This document shows positions 21,701 through 57,487 of a stretch of 64,000 nucleotides of DNA, piece by piece (the first letter of the stretch is position 1; the number at the start of each line of letters is the position of its first letter). The translations under genes were made by a program, and so were the position numbers. A model generated the notes under the pieces. It did not search any database, was not told the DNA's origin, and saw only the letters and a list, made by a program, of their open reading frames with translations. The DNA is from Heptranchias perlo (Eukaryota), in the NCBI RefSeq assembly GCF_035084215.1, contig NC_090345.1, positions 26,102,001-26,166,000 of the forward strand, given 5' to 3'.

Positions 21701-23773
21701 ACAACACAGTTTGACATACTATTATGGGATGGCTGAAAAGTATGATCTGGCAGCTCAAAATTGGGCATCCATAAGACGCTGTGGGTCGCTGCCAGCAGCA
21801 GAATTGCATTCTGCCAGTTTGTGACCTCATGGCTTGGCACATTCCTTCACTACCAAGCTGCTAAATAAACCCTGGTTCAATGGGGAGTGTAAAAAGGCAT
21901 GCTAAGAGCAAGATCAGACGTACCATATAATGAAGGAAACCTACAATCCTGGGCTACTTACATCTTAAACACCAAAAGCAGATAAGTGGTTCCATAACCA
22001 ATAGGTCAGAGCAAATCTCTGATAACAAATTAGAGGGCATGGCAAATTGTGAAACAGAATGCAAGAGATTACAGGAAGATATAGTGTGGTGGAGTGGACA
22101 GATAAGTGGCAGATGCAGTTTGATAGACAAATGTAATGTGTACATTTTGGGAACAAGAACTGTGCAAGGAACTATACCCTAAATGGTTAGATTCTTAATA
22201 GAATGTAGGAGCAGAGGGATCTATGGGTGTAAATATGTAGATCTTTTAAAGTGGGAGTGCAGGTAGAACAGGCCATAAAATGGTAAATTAATTTCCTGCA
22301 AACCACCTTCTTCAGGCAGCTGGAGATATGCAGTGACTGGATTTGCCTGCGTAGCCCACATTCTGAGAACTGCGTATGAAAGGTTAGGTAGATTTTGGGG
22401 AATGTGTCTCCCAGTCATTGTGGTCTCTTAGAGCTTGTTTATTCACCTTTCAGAGTTTTTTTCCCTCTCCCAGAAGATTGCTTAGGTGGGGAGGGGATGT
22501 AGAGGATGGTGCTGATGTTGTACAATGACAGTATGGGACAGATTTAATGGACCAGCTTGCCTTTACCTGTCCTTTTTTGTATGGTTGTGCAAGGAAAATT
22601 TTAAAAAATCCAATACTGCTGGAGTAGAGGGATGTTGTTTTGAGGTTGAAGTTAAGAAATTGTCACACTATTTATGCTTCACCTAACAATGTGCTGTCAA
22701 TGCTGGCACTGTTACACAAAATGGAAGTGTTTCTTCCATTTTGCAGCACCAAGTGTCGTTGCCTTGAGCTCAGAAATTCAAAACAAAGCAATGGAATAAA
22801 GCGTGATCCAATCGACTGGTGCAAACCTGCATGTGTAAAAAATATTTCTTTCTCTCTCATCCCCTCCTCACTAGCCCAACAACTTACTAGCTAATGACAC
22901 TGCTGTCTAGTGGATTCAGGCTGGTGGTGAGGAAATATTGTGAATTTGAAGGATATGTACAATTACTAGAATGACTTACTTTATTTGCACGGTAGCACAT
23001 TAATGCACTTGTAATGCTTTGTTAAAATAATTGCACTTTCGTTTGCCATCCCATTTGTATGCAGTGTACCTATCTCATCAAATTTTTCCTAGTATTGTTA
23101 TTTTTGATTGATTCCCGTACCATTTTGAATGTGTTTAGGGCTGAATTGATTGATGCCCAGAGAACCAATAAACCTTGTGGCAAGAGTCATTATTACCTTA
23201 TGATCAGCAAGACCTGTGTGGAAGTGGGAAAGAAAAACAAGCCACAGCAAAAGGGCAAGCAGAAAGAAGAATTAATGTTTGCAAATGCAGAAGAGGAGTT
23301 CTTTTATGAGGTGAGTTTCCCTTCCCCTTCAAAAAAGTCTTTGTATTTGGTAGGTTAAACCAATTATGCTATAAGCTTATCTTGGCAAGAAAGTGAATGA
23401 AGTTATATGTTGATGCTGTTTATCACCAAAATGCTTGTATTGCATGGCTGGGTATTGTGTTTTAATGATATCTGCATATTAGAAAAAAAAAATCAAACAA
23501 TGCAGATTAGGGATTTTTTTAAAGCTGAAGCAGCACATCAATTTATTTTGTTAAATTTTTTAGTATGATTTTCCAGTTCTCAATTATCTGCCTTTGTTCT
23601 AGCAAGCTATTATGAAATTCAGCTACTCTGTGGCAGAGGAGAGCGATAGCTGTCTGACTGGACGCTGGTCTTTTGGTGACATTCCTATGAAACCTCTTCG
23701 CACAGTTATGCTAATTCCAGCTGACCGCATAAATGCAGTAATGGACAAACTCGAAGAATATCTAGCGATATAA
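6609..23773 (+). CDS. BCCIP: BRCA2 and CDKN1A-interacting protein (beta-type C-terminus), 296 aa; exons 6609-6725, 8640-8714, 8825-8905, 10410-10499, 20971-21155, 23139-23310, 23603-23773
   Basis: Open spliced frame of 891 nt: MASFTKRR...EVQVDFEAHTISDNDYNGIKKLLQQLFLKA...VFGFISVLNLTERKG...SERFINVPPQ...MFANAEEEFFYE...PLRTVMLIP...EEYLAI*, matching BCCIP/BCP1. Confidence 0.97.
7192..8132 (+). mobile_element. 5'-truncated copy of the tRNA-headed LINE family (RT C-terminus and 3' UTR)
   Basis: QGSVLGP, FADD and LHHRRTVAAVC remnants, family 3' hairpin and A tail; near-identical to 14195-15154. Confidence 0.9.
8640..8714 (+). CDS. BCCIP: BCCIP exon 2
   Basis: cag|GAGGTG...CAG|gtaact, 75 nt. Confidence 0.95.
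8825..8905 (+). CDS. BCCIP: BCCIP exon 3
   Basis: cag|TTATTT...CGG|gtaagg, 81 nt. Confidence 0.95.
9866..9960 (-). mobile_element. Decayed Penelope-type short element with degenerate hammerhead motif
   Basis: Minus strand TTCTGATAAAGCACCACACCTGAAACATTAAC followed by CCTGCTG...CATTTTCTGTTTT, resembling shark PLE-derived repeats (from recall). Confidence 0.5.
10410..10499 (+). CDS. BCCIP: BCCIP exon 4 (GC donor)
   Basis: aag|CAAGCT...AAG|gcaagt, 90 nt. Confidence 0.93.
10890..11262 (+). mobile_element. Old CR1 LINE, left part (resumes at about 18800)
   Basis: PHERFVTKIRAHGI, VPQGSVL and KFADD remnants. Confidence 0.8.
11263..11900 (-). mobile_element. CR1 LINE, 3' part of a near full-length copy (ORF2 C-terminus and 3' UTR)
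   Basis: ORF 11352-11855 [21 protein letters not shown]...RGDLIETYK...WNSLP. Confidence 0.92.
11922..15154 (+). mobile_element. Full-length tRNA-headed single-ORF LINE (APE endonuclease + RT), frameshifted
   Basis: A box 11930-11940, B box 11993-12004, ATG 12230, APE motifs LTNIWGL / PDIAILTESY / YRPP / GEFN / SDH, RT motifs YRPISLLS / VPQGSVLGP / FADD, 3' hairpin and A tail. Confidence 0.92.
15155..17105 (-). mobile_element. CR1 LINE, middle part (ORF2 endonuclease to RT N-half)
   Basis: [54 protein letters not shown]. Confidence 0.92.
17110..17880 (-). mobile_element. 5'-truncated copy of the tRNA-headed LINE family, inserted between CR1 ORF1 and ORF2
   Basis: Reverse complement of 14410-15154; ORF 17427-17834. 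Confidence 0.9.
17881..18800 (-). mobile_element. CR1 ORF1 remnant (CxxC/coiled coil plus SGNH esterase)
   Basis: HICSKCLQLKELQL upstream; VALGDSTVRG, CLSGARVKDI, VVVRVETNDIG esterase blocks in ORF 17987-18571. Confidence 0.88.
18801..19515 (+). mobile_element. Old CR1 LINE, right part with 3' tail
   Basis: Continues 10890-11262; CVQFWAP remnant and GGGCCAAATGG...CCTGTGCTG tail. Confidence 0.8.
20971..21155 (+). CDS. BCCIP: BCCIP exon 5
   Basis: tag|GGAACG...CA|gtaagg, 185 nt. Confidence 0.95.
21720..22030 (+). mobile_element. Old internal fragment related to the tRNA-headed LINE family
   Basis: Aligns by eye with 13020-13350 (GATCTGGCAGCTCAAAA, GCAGCAGAATTG, AACCCTGGTTCAATG). Confidence 0.65.
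22063..22280 (+). mobile_element. CR1 fragment matching 11186-11262 joined to 18801-18940
   Basis: Direct similarity across the nested-insertion junction. Confidence 0.75.
23139..23310 (+). CDS. BCCIP: BCCIP exon 6
   Basis: tag|GGCTGA...GAG|gtgagt, 172 nt. Confidence 0.95.
23603..23773 (+). CDS. BCCIP: BCCIP exon 7 to stop
   Basis: tag|CAAGCT...ATA TAA, 171 nt. Confidence 0.95.
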   Translation, partial: QAIMKFSYSVAEESDSCLTGRWSFGDIPMKPLRTVMLIPADRINAVMDKLEEYLAI

Positions 23774-23808
23774 TCATCTGTAACTACAGAAATCATTCAT
23801 TTTGGGTA

Positions 23809-23950
23809 AATAAATTGGAATCTGAAGTTTCAAAATGTAAATATTGTGCATTTATTTTATCCTATTCAGTATTTTAATAAAAAGTGAATTAACTCTTTTG
23901 AATGGAAAAATAACATTCATTTCTTGTGATGTTTTGATCTAGATTTTATT
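23809..23950. terminator. Convergent polyadenylation signals of BCCIP (AATAAA 23809, 23876) and DHX32 (minus-strand AATAAA 23945, 23851)
   Basis: Hexamers on both strands in the 402 bp between the two stop codons. Confidence 0.6.
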
Positions 23951-24175
23951 TAGTCAAAGGAATATTAAAACTTTTAGACAAAGTAATACACTTGGGCTAA
24001 AATTTAACCAGCGTAGAGAAACTATGGAGTCAGCTCTAAACAGGATTAAAGCCATACAAATCTCTGGAGAGGTTTTGTGTGACTTTACACCACAACATGT
24101 AAACATGGTAAGCTTTTGGCCCTTATTGTTCTTTGCATCATTTTGCCTAATACAGAAATCATGAAAGTTAGTCCA

Positions 24176-49327
<25,152 letters not shown>

Positions 49328-49399
49328 GGCAGCGACAGTGTGCATAAAGAGAGCCAAGTAGACCGTGCGGAACTATCAGATACAATATTTGTACTGTTA

Positions 49400-50030
49400 G
49401 TACCTGCTCCTGTAACTAGGTAAAGATCCAAACCAGCAATTCCTGCTACAATTCACAGCCGCTTTCCATCGTCTATTTTCGCAGCGCTCACCTGTAAATA
49501 ACATTAATATTTATTGAAGATGTTTATAGCTTTTGGAGTAAAACAAATTGACTCCTGCGATCATCTTTTTAGTTCAAAGCCGCTGGATTTTTCTCCCCCC
49601 ATCCCAGCCCACGTGTCGGCCTATTGATTGACTCTGAATAGTCCGGACTAAACGAGAGAGTATTGTACGGAATAATACGGTCATGTGGCCACTTAATCTC
49701 ATGACAATACGGGCCGGGAAATGCTTGTTGGAAACTGCAGAGTGTGAAAGGTTTAATTGGTCTCTCAGTAACCGGCTGCACAAACACATCTGTCACAGGA
49801 CCGGCTGGCCACGGCACTGAAAGAAATGCGAATTATTACTCTCTGCTTGCTTTGAATGTGAATCACATCACATTTAATTGTACTTGCGCGTAATCTGAGC
49901 GGGCACTGAACTGTGGACGCCTTCCACATATCCAGAAAGTAAACTTCCAAAAGGGACTAACCAAATATGTTGCGTTATTTTCATACGTAGCCTTAAAAGG
50001 AGCACGAAGTAAGCGTTGCAATTTAAGAAA
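49400..50030 (-). promoter_or_regulatory. CpG-enriched 5' region / probable promoter and 5' UTR of DHX32
   Basis: CpG density rises upstream of the first coding exon; CAG|GTGAGC donor at 49491 and acceptor at 49410 suggest an 82 nt UTR intron. Confidence 0.45.
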
Positions 50031-50074
50031 ACATAATTCATGTTCATGTAACTTAGACAGCTTTTATTTTACTA

Positions 50075-51475
50075 ACTACAACAACGATAACTTGCATATA
50101 TATAACGCCTTTAACGTAGGATAACGTCCTAAGGCGCTTCACAGGAGAGTTATCAAACAAAATTTGAGGCCAGCCACATAAGGAGATATTAGGATGGGAA
50201 AGCTTGGTCAAAAGAGTTAGATTTTAAGGAGCGTCTTAAAGGAGGAGAGGTAGAGTGGTGGAAGAGTTTAGGGAGGGAATTCCAGAGATTAGGGCTTCTG
50301 CAGCTGAAGACACAGCCGCCAATGGTGGAGTGATTAAAATCGCAAGAGGCCAGAATTGGAGAAGTGCAGAGATCTTGGAGGGTTGTGGGGCTGGAGGAGG
50401 TTACAGAGATAGGGAGGTGTGGGGCCATGGAAGGATTCTACAACAAGGATGAGAATTATAAAATTGAGGCGTTGCCAGACTGTGAGGCAATGTAGGTCAG
50501 TGAGCACAGAGCTTAAATTTATGGAGGGTGGAAAATGGGAGGCCGGCCAGGAGAGCATTGGAATAGTCGAGTCTAGAGATGTTAAAGGCACGAATGAGGC
50601 TTTCAGCAGCAGATGAGCAGAGGCGGGGCGGAGACGGGAGATGTTACAGAGGTGGAAGTAGGCGGTCTTGGTAATGGAGTGGATATGGGGTTGGAAGCTC
50701 ATCTCAGGGGCAAATAGGAATCCAAGGTTGTGAACAGTCTGATTCAGCCTCTGATTTGGTGTCGTGGTGTCCTGGCCCATATTTATCCCTCAACCAACAT
50801 CACTAAAATAGATTATCTGGTCATTATGAAATTGCTGTTTGTGGGAACTTGCTGTGCGCAAATTGGCTGCCCTGTTTCTTACATTACAACAGTGACTATA
50901 CTTCAAAAATACTTCATTGGCTGTAAAGCGATTTGGGACATCCTGAGGTCATGAAAAGCGCTATATAAATGCAAGTCTTTCTTCTTTCTTTCTGAAAGTG
51001 ACCAGGGAGAGGGATGGAGTCAGTGGCTAGGGAATGCAGTTTGTGGCAGGGACCAAAGACAATGGCTTCGGTCTTCCCAATATTTAGTTGGAGGAAATTT
51101 CTGCTCACCCAGTACTGGATGTCGGACAAGCAGCATGACAAATCAGAGGCAGTGGAGGGGTCGAGAGAGGTGGTGGTGAGGTAGTGCTAGGCATCATCAG
51201 CGTACATGTGGAATGTGACATTGTATTGTCAGATGATGTTGCCGAGGGGCAGCATGTAGATGAGAAACAGGAAGGGACCAAGACTGGATCCTTGGGGGAC
51301 TCCAGAGGTAAAGGTGCAGGAGCAGGAAGAGAAGCCATTGCAGGTGACTCTATGGCTACGACTGGATAGGAATGGAACCAAGCAAGGGCAGTCCCACCGA
51401 GCTGGACAATGGAGGAGAGGCATTGGAGGAGAACAGTGTGGTCAACCATGTCAAAGGCTGCAGACAGATGGAGAA
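50075..51475 (-). mobile_element. L2-like LINE, 5'-truncated, interrupted by a SINE
   Basis: TSGVPQGSSLGPFLFLIYMLPLG, NFLQLNIGKTEAIVFG, TAYFHLCNISRLRP. Confidence 0.9.
50755..50990 (+). mobile_element. Deu-SINE 3' half inserted in L2
   Basis: GGTGTCCTGGCCCATATTTATCCCTCAACCAACATCAC...GCGCTATATAAATGCAAGTCTTTC. Confidence 0.8.
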
Positions 51476-51729
51476 GGACTTATCAACCTAAAGCGCGTCT
51501 TACCTTCACTTTTTAATGAGATTGAAAAGAATAAAATAAACTATGTAAGTTAGGAAATATTAATTCTGTTAGTTCGAGTTTATTTTGAAAGCCCGAGGAT
51601 TGCAGGAGGGGAAGTAAAGAATTCCACGGTTTTGCGATCCTGGGTAAGGAAGCAAACTGCCATGAATCTTGATTTCAAGACAGTAGGGATGTAGTGAAGA
51701 GACAGATCTTGTCGGCCTTCACTAGCACC

Positions 51730-52745
51730 TCTCATCCTTACTCCTCTTCTTCATCTACATGCTGCCCCTTGGTGACATCATCTGCAGACATGGGATCAGC
51801 TTCCACATGTACGTTGACGACACCCAGCTCTACGTCTTCACCCTGTTTCGATCCGTCCGATGCCTCTGTGTTGTCAGATTGCTTGTCCGACATCCAGTCC
51901 TGCAATTTCCTCCAGCTAAACATTGGAAAGACTGACGTCATCATCTTCAGACCCGACCACAAACTCTGTATCCTTGCTGATTCCATCCCCCTCTCCAGCC
52001 ACTGTCTTAGGTTGAACCAAACTGTTTGCAATCTCAGCATCCTATTTGACCCCGAACTGAGCTTCTGACCCCATATCCTCTCCATAACAGAGACCACCTA
52101 CATCAACCTCCATAACATTGCCCGCTTCTGCCCCAGCCTCAGCCCATCTGCCTCTGAAGATCTCATCCATGCCTTTGTCGCCTCCAGACTCAATTGTTCA
52201 ATCATCACCTGGCCAGCCTTCCATCCTCCACCCTTCATAATCTTCAGCTCATCCAAAACTCTGCTGCCCCTATCCTATTCTGCACCAAGTCCAACTCACC
52301 CATCACCTCTATCCTTGCTAACTGATCTGGTTCCCAGTACTCTAACATCTCCAATTTAAAATCCTTATCCTCATGTTTAAATCTCTCATGGCCTTGCCCT
52401 CTCCTATTGCTGTAACTGTATCCATCCCTACAACCTCCCCCACCTCCATGAACTCTGCGTTCCTCTGATTCTCCCTTCATGTGAAATCTCCCCACTCCTT
52501 GTCCCATCATTGGCTGCTGTGCCTGCAGTCATCTAGGCCCTAGGCTCTGGAATTCCCTCCACAAACGTCTCCACCTCTCCTACTTTAAGGCTCCCCTTAA
52601 AATCCACTTATTTGACCAAACTTTTCGTCACCCCTCCTAATATCTCGTTGGGCTCCACCTCCATTTTTGTCTGATTAGTCTTCTGTGAAGTGCCAAGGGA
52701 CGTTTTTCTACTTTAAAGGAGCTATGCAAATACAAGTTATTGTTG
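51730..52745 (+). mobile_element. L2-like LINE, 5'-truncated
   Basis: LLFFIYMLPLG, YVDDTQLY, NFLQLNIGKT; L2-type tail. Confidence 0.9.
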
Positions 52746-53190
52746 AAATATTTACATCCCATAAAATGATTTTTTTAATCGACGGTGTTGAATATTAACC
52801 TAGCATAGGCTAAAAAATAAAGCCTACGGTCATATACCATGTATCTACATGCTGGTTTACTGAATATCTCTTTATTTAATTTGTTCTTTGTGATTATTAC
52901 AAAATATGCATAGTTTAATTTGAAGTGCCAATGCTTTGAAAATAACTGTACTTTGTTTTGCTGTTGATAAGATCTCACCCTTGGTGCTCACTTTTCAGTT
53001 AATGAGTGCACTCAGCACAGTGACCAGATCATTTAACACTCAGATTCTCCAAGTGTATAATTAAACAACTCAACTGATCCGGAGCGCACTGCATGCAAAC
53101 ACGAGCACAATGCAAGGACAAAACGAAACGCCAAAGGACCTGGTTTGGTTTGTGCGGGGCGCCGTAGTCGGCAGAGTGGCTCTGATTCGT

Positions 53191-53204
53191 GTTTCCCTGG
53201 CAAC
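53191..53204. promoter_or_regulatory. RFX X-box motif in a small CpG-rich promoter
   Basis: GTTTCCCTGGCAAC, a near-consensus X-box, within CpG-rich 53075-53225. Confidence 0.65.
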
Positions 53205-53519
53205 AGTGGATCGGCGTCGAAAGGGAGAGAGAAAAAGACAAAAAGAAAGGAAAAGAATCAGACGGAGAGGAAGGGTCAGAGAAAGAGAGAGAGCATCAAA
53301 GAGACTGAGCAGGGGCTCAACAGACAGAAAGAGCAGTTAGCAGAGGTGGGAAGAGATTGAGAGAGGGGCAGACAGAGATTGTAATAAAGAGAGAGCAGGC
53401 AGGGTAAGGGAAGGGGTTAAAAATCGTGGTGTAATAGATATTGGGAGTCTGCAACTGCAGACTTAATTTAGGAAAAAATGAACTTTTTTCAAATGAAAAA
53501 TAGTAACATACATTACTTC

Positions 53520-53526
53520 ATGGAAG
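53520..53526 (+). CDS. FANK1: Candidate first coding exon of FANK1 (ATG GAA G, phase 1)
   Basis: ATGGAAG|GTAAGT with consensus donor downstream of the X-box promoter; identity from synteny only; no further exon found in the window. Confidence 0.42.
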
Positions 53527-54004
53527 GTAAGTTAGATTTACTGAGCATAAAGTCTGACTATGAGTGAATATTGCTGATTGAAAACAAATGTATGTGATTC
53601 TGGTTCGTCGGTTCCCTTTTCCATTTATCAGCTCAAGGTGTTACTAAATGTTAAAGGTGCTTGTCTAGAATGGAAAAACAATCAAAAACGCATGAAAGCA
53701 CAGACTGCTTCTGGTTGGTAGAAATATGTCTGGGCAGATGCATTAGGCAGCAAAGGATGTAAGTCTCATGCCAACGTAAACAAGCACAGTAAAATGCATG
53801 CACACAGTACAACATATACATACATTCACAATGATGGCTTAATGTTGCATAATAACAATTATGGCACGTGCGCAATGAAAACATACATTTGTGTACATAT
53901 GCTCCTCAAAGAGTAGGAAATATTAATCATACTGAACTCAAGTATAAAACTTATGGATTACTTAATTATATATATTTAAAAAAAAGATTTAGAATTATAT
54001 AGAA

Positions 54005-54460
54005 AGAAAGAACTTACTTATTTGTAGGGCCTTTTAACATCCTCAAGATGTCCCTAAGTGCTTCACAACCAATCAATTACTTTTTGAAGTTTAATCACTG
54101 TTATTTTGTAGAAAAATGTGGCAGCCAATTTAGATATAGAAGGATCTCTCAAACAGCAAATAAATGACTAGTTTTGGTGGCGTTAGTTGCGGGATAAATG
54201 TTGGCCAGGTTGCAGGGAGAAGTCCCTGTTCTTCGAATACTGCCATGGGATGTTTTAACATCCACCTGAACAGAGAGACAGGGCCTCAGATAACATCTCA
54301 TCCAAAAGATGGCATCTCCAACAATACAGCACACCCTCAATACCGCATTGAAGTGTCAGTCAAGATCTAGATTATGTACTTAAGTCTTGGAGTGGGGCTT
54401 GAATCCACAATTTTATGACCCAGAGGCAAGAGTGCTACCACTGAGCTAAGGCTGATGCTT
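54005..54460 (-). mobile_element. Deu-domain SINE (SacSINE1-like), full length
   Basis: Minus-strand TAGCTCAGTGG / GGATTCAAGCC head, Deu core, L2-like tail. Confidence 0.82.
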
Positions 54461-54589
54461 TAGTTGTTAAGCACTTTGTGGGGGGGGGGGGGGGTGGTGA
54501 TGGTTGGGTTTGTTTCTGATTTTTAAAATATACCCTGAATAGACCAAATATAAGGCTTAATAATTTATTCACCCATCAGATTCAAAGCT

Positions 54590-54862
54590 ATGTTTATTTT
54601 TCACATGAGATAAATAATCAATTTAATCTGTTTTTGGTTGAGGGAGGAATGTTGACCAAGAAACTGGGAAAACTTTATGCTATTCTTCAAATAGTTCCAT
54701 AGGATCTTTTGCATTCACCTGACAGGCTGTCAGCACCTTGGTTTATCTCTTGGTACTACACTGCTCTCAACCTAGATTATGTACTGAACTCCTGGAGTAG
54801 GGTTTGAACCCATAAGTTTCTGATGCAAAGGTGAGAATAAAGCCAACTGAGCCAAACTGATA
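54590..54862 (-). mobile_element. Deu-domain SINE, older partial copy
   Basis: Colinear with 54005-54460. Confidence 0.65.
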
Positions 54863-55242
54863 CTAGTGAATGAGTACTACCTCTTATGTGAATTGTCCTG
54901 AAAATAGTTCTGCGAGTGGTTAAGAAAATAATCTAATATAGGGGTTCGGAAGGTGTCATATTTTCTTTGCAATCCTTCCTACACACATTATTTTTAAATA
55001 CTATATATAAATAGCAGTGTTATTTTTAACATTGAGATTAAGTCTGACCTGGTGTTGCCGTGTCAAAGCCATTTTTTTTCTTGCTGGATGATCATTAAGA
55101 TGAGGAATTTGTGGCACTGACAATGGAAGAATTTTTCTCTTTATTTTCAGTGACAGCAGTAAGAAATCTGTAGAGTTAGAACACAAGATAGACTCGGCTC
55201 AGAGTCAGATCTAACATCACAGATATTACTATAATAAGGAGG

Positions 55243-55640
55243 AACTTGAATTCATGTAGTATTTTTCACATCCTCAGAATGTCCCAAAGTGCTTCACAGC
55301 CAATTAATTACTTTTGAAGTGTAGTTACTGTTGTTATGTAGGCATACACAGCAGATAATTTACATAGAACAAGGTTCAGTAGACAGCTTTGCAACAAATA
55401 ATCAGTTAATCTGTTTTAGTGGCATTGGTTGAGGTATGAATGATGACCAGGACACCAGTGAAACTCCTTGCCGTTCTTTAAAAAGTGCCATGGGATCATT
55501 TACATCCATCTGAACAGCGAGTTAGGGGCTTTGTTTAACATCTCATCTAAAGTACTACACTGAAGTGTCAGCCTATACTATAAACTCAAAAAATCTTGTA
55601 GACTCAGAGGTGAGAGTGCTACCAATTGAGCCAAGCTGAT
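55243..55640 (-). mobile_element. Deu-domain SINE
   Basis: Colinear with 54005-54460 with internal deletions. Confidence 0.75.
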
Positions 55641-55847
55641 GCTTAGAGTAAATAAAAAACAGGAAATGCACAGTAGAAGAATACATTGATATTTGTACTG
55701 ATAATTTTATCTTTATCACAGAATAAGAGTCATAAGAAAGTTTGGCCTCTGTTGTGATGCTGGCCCCAGTTAAATCAGATATCCACACGCATGCAGTTAT
55801 AATCACTATCAAGTTTCATTCCGGAAGAATGAATACTTGGATACAAA

Positions 55848-57487
55848 CATATGTACGTACATACGAAATAGGAGCAGGAGAAGGCCATACGGCCCCTCGA
55901 GCCTGCTCCGCCATTCAATATCATGGCTGATCTTCGACCTCAACTCCACTTTCCCGCCCGATCCCCATATCCCTTGATTCCCTTAGAGTTCAAAAATCTA
56001 TCAATCTCAGTTTTGAATTTACTCAACGACTGAGCATCCACAGCTCTCTGGGATAGAGAATTCCAAAGATTTACCACCCTCTGAGTGAAGAAATTCCTCC
56101 TCATCTCAGTCCTAAATCGCCCACTTCTTATCCTAAGACTATGCCCCCTAGCTTTAGACTCTCTCCAGCCAAAGGAAACAGCCTCTCTGCCTCCCTGTCA
56201 AGGATTTTATATGTTTCAATGAGAACACCTCTCATTCTTCTAAGTTCCAGAGAATATAGGTCCATTCTACTCAATCTCTCCTCATAGGACAACCCTCCCA
56301 TCCCTTGAAACAATCTAGTGAACCTTCGTTGCACCGCCTCTAAAGCAAGTATATCTTTCCTTAGGCAAGGAGATCAAAACTGTACACAGTACACCAGGTG
56401 TGGTCTCACCAAAGCCCTGTACAATTGTAACAAGACTTCCTTACTCTTGTACTCCAACCCTCTTGCAATAAAGGCCAACATACCGTTTGCTTCCCTAATT
56501 GCTTGCTGTACCTGCATGTTAACTTTCTGTGTTTCGTGGACAAGGACACCTAAATCTCTCTGAACACCAATATTTAATAGTTTCTCACCATTTAAAAAAT
56601 ATTCTGTTTTTCTATTCTTCCTACCAAAGTGAATAACCTCACATTTCCCCACATTATACTCCATCTGCCACCTTCTTGCTCATTCACTTAACCTGTCTAT
56701 ATCCATTTGCAGACTCTTTGTGTCCTCCTCACATCTTACTTTTCCACCTAGCTTTGTATTGTCAGCAAATTTGGATACATTAAAGTCGGTCCCTTCATCT
56801 TAGTCTTTAATATAGATTGGAAACAGCTGAGGCCTAAGCACCAATCCTTGCGGCACCCCACTAGTTACAGCCTGCCAACCTGAAAATGACCTGTTTATTC
56901 CTACTCTCTGTTTTCTGTCCGTTAACCAACCCTCTATCTATGCTAATATATTACCCCCAACCCCATGAGTCTTTATTTTGTGTAACAAACTTTTGTGTGG
57001 CACCTTATCGAATGCCTTTTGAAAATCCAAATATACAACATCCACTGGCTCACCTTTATCTACCCTGCTAGTTACATCCTCAAAAAACTCTAATAAATTT
57101 GTTAAACACGATTTTCCTTTCATAAAACCACGTTGACTCTGCCTAATCATATTATGATTTTCTAAGTGCCCTTAATAATGGATTCCAGCATTTTCCCGAC
57201 GACCAATGTCAAGCTAACTGGCTTGTAGTTCCCTGTTTCGCTCTCCCTCCTTTCTTGAATAGTGATGTAACATTTGCTACCTTACAATCCACTGGGACCG
57301 TTCTAGAATCAAAGGAATTTTGGAAGATCACAACCGTTGCATCCATTATCTCTGCAGCCATCTCTTTTAGAACTCTAGGACGTAGGCCATCAGGTCCAGG
57401 GGATTTGTTGGTTTTTAGTCCCATCAATTTCTCCAGTATTTTTTCTTTACTAATATTAATTATTTTAAGTTCCTCACTCTCATTAGG
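55848..57487 (-). mobile_element. CR1 LINE, 5'-truncated, same subfamily as 11263-17105
   Basis: [48 protein letters not shown]; same 3' UTR. Confidence 0.92.

Noticed and set aside
53110-53360. Arg/Lys/Glu-rich ORFs
   Set aside because: Translation of a GA-rich simple tract, more likely 5' UTR
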